From an uncultured bacterium (GTDB taxonomy: Bacteria; Methylomirabilota; Methylomirabilia; Methylomirabilales; CSP1-5): a stretch of 64,000 bases of DNA. The stretch covers positions 10,819 to 74,818 of the forward strand of contig CAYGBT010000003.1 of the NCBI GenBank assembly GCA_964348275.1, read 5' to 3'. This document shows, piece after piece, positions 37,313 to 46,140 of this stretch (positions are counted from its first letter, which is position 1; each line of letters opens with the position of its first letter). The notes under the pieces were generated by a model. That model was not told the origin of the DNA and made no database searches. It saw only the letters and a program-made list of their open reading frames with translations. The position numbers were made by a program, and so were the translations under genes.

Positions 37313-39733
37313 TCACGCCCTCCGTATCCTGACCCTGGTGGTGTTGAAGAGGCCGAAGCCCTTGACAGGGTCCAGCTCGCTCGAGATCAGGTCGTTGGGA
37401 TTGGGACCATCGCCCCCGAAAAGGGGCATAAGGACGACGCCGGGAAGCGTGCCATCATAGAGCTTGGCCTGAAGCCTGATTCGCCCCTTGGAAGATTCCA
37501 CCCAGACCCAGTCGCCGTCGTTGATGGCCAGTTTCTCGGCCGTCTCTGGGTGAACCTCGATCCACTTCTTCCAGGATGCTTCGACGTGGACCGCGGGCTG
37601 CTCCAGGAGCCACGGCTGGTTCTTTCCGCCCCCGACGGGCCGGGTCACAAGCCGGTAAGTGATCAAGCGGAGGGAGGATACTTCCGGCTCCTGTTCCTGA
37701 GCGGAAGGGATCGTAACGGCGGGAAGAAAGAGCAGGTCTCCCCGATCCCACCCCCCGATGGCGCTCACAAAGCGACCTTTTTTCCCCTCGCGCTTCACGG
37801 CCTCATCCACCCACCGCTTGAAGCGGCTCGAGTAAAACTCGAACTTCCCAGACGAGGTCGTAAGGAGGGCTTTCCGGCCAACTGGGAGGCCTGTAGGGTC
37901 CCACCATACTCCCCGCTTGAGCAAAGCGTTCCAGAACTCGTCGTAGTTCTTGAACTCGGGGATCCAGTATCCCTGGCGCTCCAGGATTTTCCTGAGCGAT
38001 TCCTCGGCATGGATCGAGACCACGTATCCCCGCCCTGCCTCGTAGAGTCCTCGGGCTCCTTCGTGAAGGAGGGCCTCGAAGGTGTTCCACGAAAGGCTTT
38101 CGGCAATGGTGCCGCCCAGAGCCTTCGAGATCTGGAGCAGCACGTCACCCGTGTTGCGGGTTTGGTGGAGGGGGGTCGCAGCAGGCCGGGCCAGGCTGAA
38201 GCAGGTGAAGCCAGCCAAATGTGTGACCTGGTCGTCCTGCCACCGCTCCAGATAGGGGTGGTCTGGCAGGATGAGATCGGCCAAAGCGCTGGATTCATCC
38301 AGAAATGGAGAGAAGCTAACAACGAAAGGAACCTGGTCCATCGCTCTGGCAAAAGCTTCTTTAGCCGGATGGTTGGCCAGCGGATTGGTGGCGAAGAGGA
38401 AGAGAGCGTTGATGGGATACGGATCCCCGCTCAGAATCTTTTCTGGTACAGCCTGGGAAGCATCGGAGACCAGGAAGTATTCCCCCAGCCCCGCCCCATC
38501 GATCCTCGGTTTGGCAAGTGCATCCTTTGCGGCCTTGTCTCGCTTAACCGGACGAAGCGGGGCCAGCGGCAGCTCGCCCTGGATCAGGAGGCCGCCGTGG
38601 ACGCCGATGTTTCCAATGAGGGCATTGAGGCTGTGGATGGCCATCCGGGTGTGAAGATCGTCAGGGCCGTACGATGGTCCCCGCTCGCCGATAACAAGGG
38701 CCGGCTTCATCGTGGCAAGATCCCGGCCGATCTCGAGGATAACATCTGCGGGGACGCCGGTGGTCTGCGAAACGGTGAACAGGCCATACTCACTGAGCAC
38801 CAGCTTCTTGAACCCCGTGTGGTGCTGACCGGTTCTGTCCACCCAGTCCTCAAAGCCGAACGTGTGTGTGTCCAAGAACTCTTGGTCAATGAGCCGTTCC
38901 CGGATCAGCACATTGGCGATCCCTAGGGCGAGGATCCCGTCCGTGCCGGGGATGATTGGGACCCACCGATCTGCCTTGGCCGCAGTCTGGGAGCGTCTGG
39001 CATCCACGTGAACGAGCCGGCCCCTCGGACGGTCGCCCGCCCCGCGCAAGCCGGCGAAGGCAAGGGAGGAATGCACCGGACCCATCCAGGATTCCAGAAG
39101 ACCGGCCCCGAAGGAGAGGATCAGTCGGGTCTCAGCGATGTCATAGCCCAGCGGGCTCGTCACTCCCTGCATCAGGTAGTGGGCGAGGGCAGGTCTCTCT
39201 GGCGAGAAGCAGCGGACCCGGATGTAGTTTGGACTCCCGTACGCCTCGGCGAAGCGTTTCCAGAGCGTGTCCCGATAGCCGCGGTACTGTCCCCCCAGGA
39301 TCGCCACGGTGTGAGACAGGCCCTGATCGCGAAGCGCAGCAAGGCGCGTTGTTACCAACCGTAGAGCCTCCTCCCACTCAATCGGACGCAAGCGCCCCTT
39401 CTTTTCATCCCGCACCATCGGCCCCTTCAGGCGGTGGGGGTCGTAGAGGAGCTGGAGTCCCCCAAACGCCTTTGGGCAGAGGGCTCCCCGATTGACGGGA
39501 TGAAGAGGGTTCCCTGAAATTCCCACCGCTTCCCCGTCCAGCGTCCGGACCAGGAGACCACAACCTCCCGGACACTGCTGACAGATGGAGGGGACGACGA
39601 CCTCCTCTGGGGTGGCCCAACGTTCAAAGTCCTGGCGTGCCTGGTCGGCCCTGGTCAGTCGGCCTCTCACCAGGGCGGCGGCTCCGGCAGTTCCACCCAC
39701 AGCCTGTAGGAATCTACGTCGCGTGACTCGCAT
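37313..39733 (-). CDS. Tat-exported Mo-bisPGD-fold subunit (ActB1/QrcB/PsrA-like)
   Basis: MRVTRRRFLQAVGG twin-arginine signal; N-terminal CQQCPGGCG..(x)..C Fe-S motif; molybdopterin-oxidoreductase-like domains. Confidence 0.85.
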   Translation of the reverse strand: MRVTRRRFLQAVGGTAGAAALVRGRLTRADQARQDFERWATPEEVVVPSICQQCPGGCGLLVRTLDGEAVGISGNPLHPVNRGALCPKAFGGLQLLYDPHRLKGPMVRDEKKGRLRPIEWEEALRLVTTRLAALRDQGLSHTVAILGGQYRGYRDTLWKRFAEAYGSPNYIRVRCFSPERPALAHYLMQGVTSPLGYDIAETRLILSFGAGLLESWMGPVHSSLAFAGLRGAGDRPRGRLVHVDARRSQTAAKADRWVPIIPGTDGILALGIANVLIRERLIDQEFLDTHTFGFEDWVDRTGQHHTGFKKLVLSEYGLFTVSQTTGVPADVILEIGRDLATMKPALVIGERGPSYGPDDLHTRMAIHSLNALIGNIGVHGGLLIQGELPLAPLRPVKRDKAAKDALAKPRIDGAGLGEYFLVSDASQAVPEKILSGDPYPINALFLFATNPLANHPAKEAFARAMDQVPFVVSFSPFLDESSALADLILPDHPYLERWQDDQVTHLAGFTCFSLARPAATPLHQTRNTGDVLLQISKALGGTIAESLSWNTFEALLHEGARGLYEAGRGYVVSIHAEESLRKILERQGYWIPEFKNYDEFWNALLKRGVWWDPTGLPVGRKALLTTSSGKFEFYSSRFKRWVDEAVKREGKKGRFVSAIGGWDRGDLLFLPAVTIPSAQEQEPEVSSLRLITYRLVTRPVGGGKNQPWLLEQPAVHVEASWKKWIEVHPETAEKLAINDGDWVWVESSKGRIRLQAKLYDGTLPGVVLMPLFGGDGPNPNDLISSELDPVKGFGLFNTTRVRIRRA

Positions 39734-39741
39734 CGCTTCCC

Positions 39742-40296
39742 TTACCGATGACAGGCGTTGCAATCAGTCAAGATTGCTCGCTGCGCCGCCGCCTCCGGTT
39801 TCACTTCTCCTGCTTCGTTTCCTCTGGACCACTCCCACTTCTCGTGACAGCGGATGCAGTCGTCCATGGTGAGGATCTTGAGGGCGCGCGCGGGGGGGCG
39901 GTCAAGGGTCTCCATCGGTCCATGGCAGGTCTGGCACTTCACCTTTGCCACCACCACGTGCGTGCGGTGAGGGAAGAAAACGTGAGAGGGGAGTCGCCAG
40001 ACGCGCTTCCAGGGGATCTCCTCGCCCTTTTCTTCGAAGGCTTGGAGCCTCTTCAATTCCTGGCTCTCGGGCTCCCCCCCCGAATGGCAGCCAAGGCACA
40101 ACGTGGTGGGAGGACGGCCTGCGACGACATCCTTCTCCGCTCGTTGGTGGCAGTTCGTGCACGTCAGGCCCACCTCCAGGTGGGTCTTGTGGGGGAACTC
40201 GATCGGCTGCCTGACAGCGGGCTCCGCCAACAGACGCCATGCTCCCCACGCGAAGAGGCCCAGGGCGAGCAGACCGACCGCAGCGAGCCACCTCAT
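39742..40296 (-). CDS. Pentaheme c-type cytochrome (ActA/NrfB-like)
   Basis: TM/signal anchor MRWLAAVGLLALGLFAW; CTNCH, CLGCH, CQTCH, CIRCH, CNACH. Confidence 0.8.
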   Translation of the reverse strand: MRWLAAVGLLALGLFAWGAWRLLAEPAVRQPIEFPHKTHLEVGLTCTNCHQRAEKDVVAGRPPTTLCLGCHSGGEPESQELKRLQAFEEKGEEIPWKRVWRLPSHVFFPHRTHVVVAKVKCQTCHGPMETLDRPPARALKILTMDDCIRCHEKWEWSRGNEAGEVKPEAAAQRAILTDCNACHR

Positions 40297-40483
40297 GGTG
40301 TTTCCCCGCGCTCGGCCCCTTGCGTTTGTCCCATAGCAGCCGGCGCCCCGCATCGGCCGTCGGCATGGTGTCCGTGAAGCCTTGATGGCACAGCCACCCT
40401 GACTGTGGTGAGAGGGGGTATCCAGCGTTTCTCCGTAGCGCCGCCCCCGTTGGTGTTCGTGGGGAAAAAACCCCGCAGGCCCT

Positions 40484-41827
40484 TCACCGGTTCTGCCTCA
40501 GCGTCTGGAGGTAAGCAACGAGGTCAGCCATCTCGTCTTGGCGGAACTGGGGCCAGGTGACCCCTTTAACCTCGGTTACCCGTTCCATGACCAAGGCGTG
40601 GTTCCACAATATTGAGATGACTGCGGCAGGCGAGACAAGGTGCTTCACCCGGGCGAGGTCGCCCGCGACCTTCCCGCCCTTCCCACGGACCGAATGGCAC
40701 TGCAAACACCCCTTGTCCTTCACCAGCTTCCGTCCCTTGCGGGGTTCGGTCGGTCCGCCGAAGTATTGGACAGAGTAAAGGTAGGCGACAAGGTCCGCCA
40801 TCTCTTCCGCCCGGAGTTGTGGGATGGAGATTCGCTTGGCCTTCATCGCCTTTATCATCGCCGGGGTCTTGTTCCACATCGCTGTCGCAAACTCAGTAAG
40901 GCTCCGGTGAACTCCTCGCTCGCCAAGGTCAGGCCCGAGCCGACCGCCCCGTCTTCCAATGCTGTGGCACACACGGCAGCCCTTCTCCACGAACAGCTCG
41001 CGCCCTTCGTCGGCGCGGCCGGGCAGGACATACAGCGGTTCCTCCTCCGGCTCCGGCGAGGCGGATTTGAGGTAGGCGATCAGATCGATGAGCTCCGTTC
41101 CCTTAAATGTGGGTCGCTCTATTCCTCTTGCCCGCATGGCCTCGGCCATGGCGGGGCCGTGGTTCCACATCGCCGTCGCGACATAGATCGGCGAGCCATA
41201 CTGCTTGAGCAAGTCGAGGTTAGGGCCGATCACGCCGCCAGTTCCACCCACCTGGTGGCAGATCACGCACTGCTTCTCGATGAAGATTTCTCTACCGGTC
41301 TCGGGATTCCCAGCGGGATCAAAGTAGTTGAGGGTATACAGAAAGGCGATCAGATCGCCGGTCTCCTGCGGACTGATGTGAGGGTGGGAGATCCCGAGCT
41401 CACGCATCTTTTCGGCCATGCGGGGAAAGTGGTTCCACATGGCCGCGGCAAGATCGTAGAGCGAGCGGGGACGCGAGATACGGCCGAGATCGGGCCCGAC
41501 CTTCCCGCCCTTCCCGTTCACGGCGTGACACTCGGTACATCCCTTAGCCCCGAAGACCCGCGACCCGACAACCGGGTTGTGGGTCGGGCTGAGAAGTTGC
41601 TGGGCGAATGCCAGTCCCAGGGACCAAAGGAGCAGAAGGACAACAGATATCAAGGAGAAGAAATAAGCTGGAGGAAAAGTGATAACGCCGCCCCGGGCAG
41701 CGCCAGAGCGAGGGATCTCGGCCAGATCCGGATGGCCGAGAAATTTCGTTTCGCAACAAGAGGAAGGGGTTCTCCCTCTCGCCAGCGATTCCCAGGCGGG
41801 TTGTGTGCGCTGTCGTCTGATCCTCAT
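40484..41827 (-). CDS. Four-domain (tetraheme) class-I-type cytochrome c, paralogue 1 (start uncertain)
   Basis: CTECH, CVICH, CRVCH, CLQCH with MWNH blocks. The 562-aa ORF start (42172) lies inside a regulatory module, so ATG 41827 or a later codon before the TM segment SLISVVLLLLW is more likely. Confidence 0.75.
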   Translation of the reverse strand: MRIRRQRTQPAWESLARGRTPSSCCETKFLGHPDLAEIPRSGAARGGVITFPPAYFFSLISVVLLLLWSLGLAFAQQLLSPTHNPVVGSRVFGAKGCTECHAVNGKGGKVGPDLGRISRPRSLYDLAAAMWNHFPRMAEKMRELGISHPHISPQETGDLIAFLYTLNYFDPAGNPETGREIFIEKQCVICHQVGGTGGVIGPNLDLLKQYGSPIYVATAMWNHGPAMAEAMRARGIERPTFKGTELIDLIAYLKSASPEPEEEPLYVLPGRADEGRELFVEKGCRVCHSIGRRGGRLGPDLGERGVHRSLTEFATAMWNKTPAMIKAMKAKRISIPQLRAEEMADLVAYLYSVQYFGGPTEPRKGRKLVKDKGCLQCHSVRGKGGKVAGDLARVKHLVSPAAVISILWNHALVMERVTEVKGVTWPQFRQDEMADLVAYLQTLRQNR

Positions 41828-41951
41828 CCGAGTTCGAATGATCGAGAGCTCCCCTGCTAGCGCAGTGGTTTGAGGAGGAGAAGAGCAAAGAACCTCGCCG
41901 TTTGTAATCGTTACATGCGCAGATCCGGTGGCAGACTCGGGGTCCGTGGAA

Positions 41952-41968
41952 GCAAAGGCGGTGCCACA
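41952..41968 (-). promoter_or_regulatory. Sigma-54 (-24/-12) promoter, copy 2
   Basis: Minus-strand TGTGGCACCGCCTTTGCT = TGGCAC-N5-TTGCT, about 125 nt upstream of ATG 41827. Confidence 0.65.
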
Positions 41969-42072
41969 TACTGCCTGGCAGGGCAAAGGAGGGTCGTCGC
42001 GACGTAACACATTGTCTTTAAAGGAGTACTTCAATCGGAGACGAGCCGACCAGAGAGCGGTGGAAGACGTCA

Positions 42073-42191
42073 TTGGGGCAAATACGCCCCAGAGCAGGCC
42101 CTCATCTGACGGCGGGCAGGTTTGTGCCTTATTTTTTACAGGAAGATACCGTTTGGGGCAACTGTGCCACACCCGACAAGGCCTTGTCCCA
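42073..42191 (-). promoter_or_regulatory. Putative enhancer (three dyads plus A-tract), copy 2
   Basis: Plus-strand TGGGGCAAATACGCCCCA (42073-42090), TATTTTTTACAGG, TGGGGCAACTGTGCCACA (42154-42171), CCCGACAAGGCCTTGTCCCA (42172-42191, containing the perfect palindrome GACAAGGCCTTGTC). Confidence 0.5.
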
Positions 42192-42436
42192 CCCGATACC
42201 CTTTCTTAATGAGTCGAAGGGGTTGTGCCACCTCACGGCGTTCCTGAGAAGCTGTGCAAGCCCTAGACCGAACAGGAGACGGTCGGGGAGGATAAAGGTT
42301 GTGGTCTCGCCGCGCGTACTGTCCGGGCAGCACGCTCAGCTCGCGCCGTGGCTGGCGAAAATGATTCATCCGTTAGGATGAAGTGTTGGACGTAACAATC
42401 CCGGGTCTGACGGCGGCCATGCACCAAGAGGCTCGA

Positions 42437-42551
42437 TTACGGTTGCCGCCTTTTCAAGGTCTTCAGATATCTTTCGACATCCCGGACCTGCTGCTGCAAT
42501 AGCGTCGTGCTCCACTCGGGCGCAGAGGTCCCTTTCGCTGATCGCGGACAA
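42437..42551 (-). pseudogene. Fragment duplicating the 3' end of the diheme cytochrome gene at 43041-43709
   Basis: Encodes ..AKG..PEWSTTLLQQQVRDVERYLKTLKRRQP*, compared with ..AKGFHGSPYMPEWRTTLSQQQIQDVMEYLKTFKKPNP* in the intact gene; no start and no heme site. Confidence 0.6.
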
Positions 42552-42554
42552 GTC

Positions 42555-43028
42555 CTATTTCTTTGCCAATGTCTGGGCATGGGCCAGCACATCGACACCT
42601 TGCTTCATGTCCCAGCCGAGAACCAGCGCCGAAGGCATGGGAGGATCGCTACCCGGATCTTTCACCCAAACCTTGTGTACGAACTCTTGCGGGTCCTTAT
42701 TGGCGAAGGTGCCGACGTACCTGGGCTTTCGCTCAGAGCCGAAGTTCAGCTTCTTCCCGTCAGATCCGTCGCACGGCACACACAGATGAAAGAGCCTCTT
42801 TCCACGGCTCGCATCCCCTCCGATCGGCATGTTGGCCCTGTGGTCGACGTATTTGGTCATGTCTACAAGGCCATGCTTGAGAAACTTCGCACGGTCGGCA
42901 ATATCTCGATCCCGCATGACTGAGGAAAAATCATGTTTGCGATTGGTCGATCCTCACAGGATGGGCGCCAGTCGCTTGATGCTCTTCTGTTGGGCCGCGT
43001 CCCAGACACCGGGAAATCCTGTACGATG
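42555..43028 (-). pseudogene. 5'-truncated, inactivated paralogue of the diheme cytochrome c gene at 31942-32730
   Basis: Collinear with the last ~157 codons of 31942-32730 (HRTGFPGVWDAAQ...VLAH.QTL.KK*). In-frame TGA at 42954-42956, heme motif CVACH changed to CVPCD, first heme domain absent. Confidence 0.7.
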
Positions 43029-43040
43029 TCTTCTCTCTCA

Positions 43041-43709
43041 TTACGGATTAGGCTTTTTGAAGGTCTTGAGATACTCCATGACATCCTGAATCTGCTGCTG
43101 CGATAACGTGGTCCTCCACTCGGGCATATAGGGGGAGCCGTGAAATCCTTTGGCCCCCCCCATGAAGATGGCTCGGGAGATTTCCTCTTCCCGCCCCTCG
43201 ATGACAAATTCCTCGGAAGTGAAATCCCTTGGCGTCACACCGACCAAGTTCTTGGCGGCGGGCCCTTGTCCATCCCCTCGGGATCCATGACACGCTTGGC
43301 AGAAGGTGTTGTAAATATCCTTGCCCGCCAGGATGCTTACATGTTTGCCCGGCACTGCGAGGGTCCGGATATACGCAATGGCATCGCGAAGCGCCTCTTC
43401 CTTCAGCGACTCAATGACAGTTGCCATGGGCATATGCGCAGTGTCGGGACGCCCCTTTCTTTGTGTGAGCGTGGAAACGATCTGCTGATTAGACCTGCCT
43501 CCGAGGACTGCGGGGTTGGTAAAATCGGGTAGCGGTGTAGCGATATATTGGGCAGCCGGGCCATCTCCCCGGCCGTAACGACCGTGACATGTCCAGCAAA
43601 AGGTCATATATACCTCTTCCCCCTGGGGAACCACCGCTTGGGCCTGTGGCTGAGCGGCAACCCCGCCTGCCATCAAGAGGAGTCCGAGAATCGCCATCCC
43701 CGCTCTCAT
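43041..43709 (-). CDS. Diheme cytochrome c (c4-like)
   Basis: Signal peptide; CWTCHGRYGRGDG and CQACHGSRGDG class-I motifs. Confidence 0.8.
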   Translation of the reverse strand: MRAGMAILGLLLMAGGVAAQPQAQAVVPQGEEVYMTFCWTCHGRYGRGDGPAAQYIATPLPDFTNPAVLGGRSNQQIVSTLTQRKGRPDTAHMPMATVIESLKEEALRDAIAYIRTLAVPGKHVSILAGKDIYNTFCQACHGSRGDGQGPAAKNLVGVTPRDFTSEEFVIEGREEEISRAIFMGGAKGFHGSPYMPEWRTTLSQQQIQDVMEYLKTFKKPNP

Positions 43710-43718
43710 TTCGCTCCC

Positions 43719-44219
43719 TCACTTCGCCTGCACGTGCCGAATGAAATTGACGATGTCCCAACGCTCCCGGCGTGAAAGGGCGTCCCCCTGACCAGGCATG
43801 AGGGCACCCCCATTCCGGATGGTACCATACATGAACCCGTCAGTTCGTTGCCGGAAAATCTCCAGGGTGAGGTCGGGCGGAGGAACAAATTTGGTCGCGA
43901 CAGGCCCATCCCCCTTCCCATCAGGGCCGTGGCACAGGGCGCAGTAGATCTGAAAGAGCCGCTTTCCGTTTTCGATGGACGCGGCAGTCGGCTGCACAGG
44001 ATTGCGCAACTTCTCTGATGCTTCGATCCGGTCCATGCGCGGCTCTTTTCCTTGCCTCGGGATTGAGCCAGGCGGGGGGAGCCGCGGGTCCTCCTGAGGT
44101 CGGATGGAGGGCTGTTTCTCCATATCGGTGCTCCAGGGCCATCCATGGGCAAGGCTTACCCCGATGAGCACGAGGCCCACTGCCGTCGCCAGGGACCGGA
44201 AGAGCTCTCTGACGGCCAT
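43719..44219 (-). CDS. actE: Monoheme cytochrome c subunit of ACIII (ActE-like)
   Basis: Start placed at MAVRELFRSLATAVGLVLIG (signal/anchor); single CALCHGPDGKGDG site. Confidence 0.7.
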   Translation of the reverse strand: MAVRELFRSLATAVGLVLIGVSLAHGWPWSTDMEKQPSIRPQEDPRLPPPGSIPRQGKEPRMDRIEASEKLRNPVQPTAASIENGKRLFQIYCALCHGPDGKGDGPVATKFVPPPDLTLEIFRQRTDGFMYGTIRNGGALMPGQGDALSRRERWDIVNFIRHVQAK

Positions 44220-44298
44220 CCTCTTCTCACGCCAGAGGACGCGCCGGCTTCCAGGTCTGTCCCTGGAACAGGTGGGACTGGCGTGGATGCTGCCGGCC

Positions 44299-45582
44299 CT
44301 AGGCCCTTGAAGACGTCTCCTCAAGAATCTTCCCTCCTGAGTGGCCCGAGGCCGAGACAATGGGGAACCTCACGCGCGGGACGATGGGGATGTGCTGTAC
44401 GAAGAACACATAGCTCAACCCGACCGTTCCGAGGAACCCCAGCGTCACCCCGATCTCGAGCCACCCGAACGGAACCCTTTCCGCGTGCCAGAGCGATGGG
44501 ACCACCAGGACATACCGCTCGAGCCACAATCCTGCCGCAATCAACGTGCCCACCGCGAGCATGATGGATGGGATCTGTTTGGCTCGACGGCTGAGAAAGA
44601 CGACGGAGGGGATGAAAAAGGTCGCGACCAGGACAGTCCACGACAGCAGCGCCCAAGGTTTCTCCCAGAGGCGGAGCATCACAAAGTGGGTCTCCTCGGG
44701 GAGATTGCCGTACCAGATCACGACATACTGGGACCAGAGCATGGCCATGTAGGTGAGGCTGAACCCAAAAAGGAGCTTGCCCAAGTCCAAGAAGTGGGCG
44801 GGAGTGATGTCGTGGATGCCAAGATAGCGGCGGGTGAGTGCGGCTCCGATAGTGAGGCCAGCGAGGCCAAGGAGGAAGGTGCTGACGAGGAAGTGGCCGC
44901 CGAAGAGCGAGCTGTACCAGAAAGGATCCAGCGCCATAATCAGATCGAACGCCATAAAGCTGTAGATCATCGGATACGCGAGAAGCACCGCTGCAGCGAG
45001 GACGTCCAGTCCCCGCTCGCTTCGCTGAATCTCCGCCTGCTCTCCCTGCCATCCCTCGACCAACCATCCGTAGAGCCATTGCCGGGGCCGAAGACCCTGC
45101 TCGATGAGCGAACCCATATCGAGGCGGAATGAGTAGTAGACAAAGAGCAGGCTCAACACCGTCATGGATCCGATGCCGAGACCGCCGCGAACGAAGATGA
45201 AACGGAAATCAAACCACGCCCCTCGGTCCGGGTTGAGTTCGCGGATCTGGCCAAAGAACAAGTCCAACCCAAAGTACAGCGGCAAAAACAGCACGAGACT
45301 CACCGGCAGAAAAGCAGACATTCCCTCGGCCAAGCGACGGATGGGTGGTCCCCATTGTCCGCCAACCACATGGTAGACGGCCGCGAAGACTACCCCACCC
45401 TGGGCCAACGCACCCCAAAAGAGGAAATTTACCAAGTACGCCTGCCAGGCGCGCCCTGGGTCGAGCAACAGGCCGGAAAGGAAAGCCCCGACGCCGACGG
45501 CCAGCAGGCCCCCCAATGTCCAGGTCAGTCCTGATGGGATCGAGAGGGATTGCGCCCAGCGCTCTTCCCAGCCCTCGTGCAT
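44299..45582 (-). CDS. actF: ACIII membrane subunit, NrfD-related (ActF-like)
   Basis: Polytopic 427-aa protein with an NrfD-like N-terminal pattern (NFLFWGALAQGGVVFAA); start overlaps the ActD stop. Confidence 0.75.
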   Translation of the reverse strand: MHEGWEERWAQSLSIPSGLTWTLGGLLAVGVGAFLSGLLLDPGRAWQAYLVNFLFWGALAQGGVVFAAVYHVVGGQWGPPIRRLAEGMSAFLPVSLVLFLPLYFGLDLFFGQIRELNPDRGAWFDFRFIFVRGGLGIGSMTVLSLLFVYYSFRLDMGSLIEQGLRPRQWLYGWLVEGWQGEQAEIQRSERGLDVLAAAVLLAYPMIYSFMAFDLIMALDPFWYSSLFGGHFLVSTFLLGLAGLTIGAALTRRYLGIHDITPAHFLDLGKLLFGFSLTYMAMLWSQYVVIWYGNLPEETHFVMLRLWEKPWALLSWTVLVATFFIPSVVFLSRRAKQIPSIMLAVGTLIAAGLWLERYVLVVPSLWHAERVPFGWLEIGVTLGFLGTVGLSYVFFVQHIPIVPRVRFPIVSASGHSGGKILEETSSRA

Positions 45583-46139
45583 TACGCCTCCTTCACCGGG
45601 TGATCCGCCTGCTCTCCAGCGCGGTGCACCTCCTCGGCCCCCGCGCTTTCGAGCAGTCGACTGACCGTGTCGAAATCCTTTGTCTCACAACGGACAAAGA
45701 GACCAAATCGGTCCTCCGAGAACCGGGGATCGTAGGCTGGGACAACATGTACGCGCGGCAGGCGGGCATTGAGCAGCATCCCACCGAGCGTCATGAGCCC
45801 GCCGAAAAGGATTGTCAGTTCAAAGACGATAATCAGGAAGGGGGGCATCGAGACGATCGGTTTGCCACCGGTCATGATGCCACCGGCGATGATCGGGTAA
45901 AGCTTCGAGGTATGGATGGTAAGAAACAACCCCGTGGCGCCTCCCAGCAGACAGCCAATCAGGGTGAAGACGCGCACGGGGCTAGGCGGCTTCTCCAGCG
46001 CCTCGTCGATGGCGTGGTGGGGAACCGGAGACAGCGCCTGAAGGTTCCGGTAGCCGGCTTGACGCAGTCGTTCGATGGCCTCAAGCAGGCTGTCCAGGTG
46101 GCGAAAACTCCCGACAATCCCTCCGGACGGTCGAGCCAT
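45582..46139 (-). CDS. actD: ACIII subunit ActD (DUF3341-like)
   Basis: 185 aa with a soluble N-domain plus two TM helices, positioned directly after ActC. Confidence 0.75.
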   Translation of the reverse strand: MARPSGGIVGSFRHLDSLLEAIERLRQAGYRNLQALSPVPHHAIDEALEKPPSPVRVFTLIGCLLGGATGLFLTIHTSKLYPIIAGGIMTGGKPIVSMPPFLIIVFELTILFGGLMTLGGMLLNARLPRVHVVPAYDPRFSEDRFGLFVRCETKDFDTVSRLLESAGAEEVHRAGEQADHPVKEA

Positions 46140-46140
46140 C

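Noticed and set aside
37082-38926. Very long antisense ORFs (e.g. 37082-38926 of 614 aa, 59099-60574 of 491 aa, 40640-41860 of 406 aa, 57890-59020 of 376 aa, 14304-15350 of 348 aa)
   Set aside because: Each lies opposite a gene with strong family motifs. The translations are Arg/Gly/Pro/Val-rich without motifs, the usual shadow ORFs of high-GC genes.
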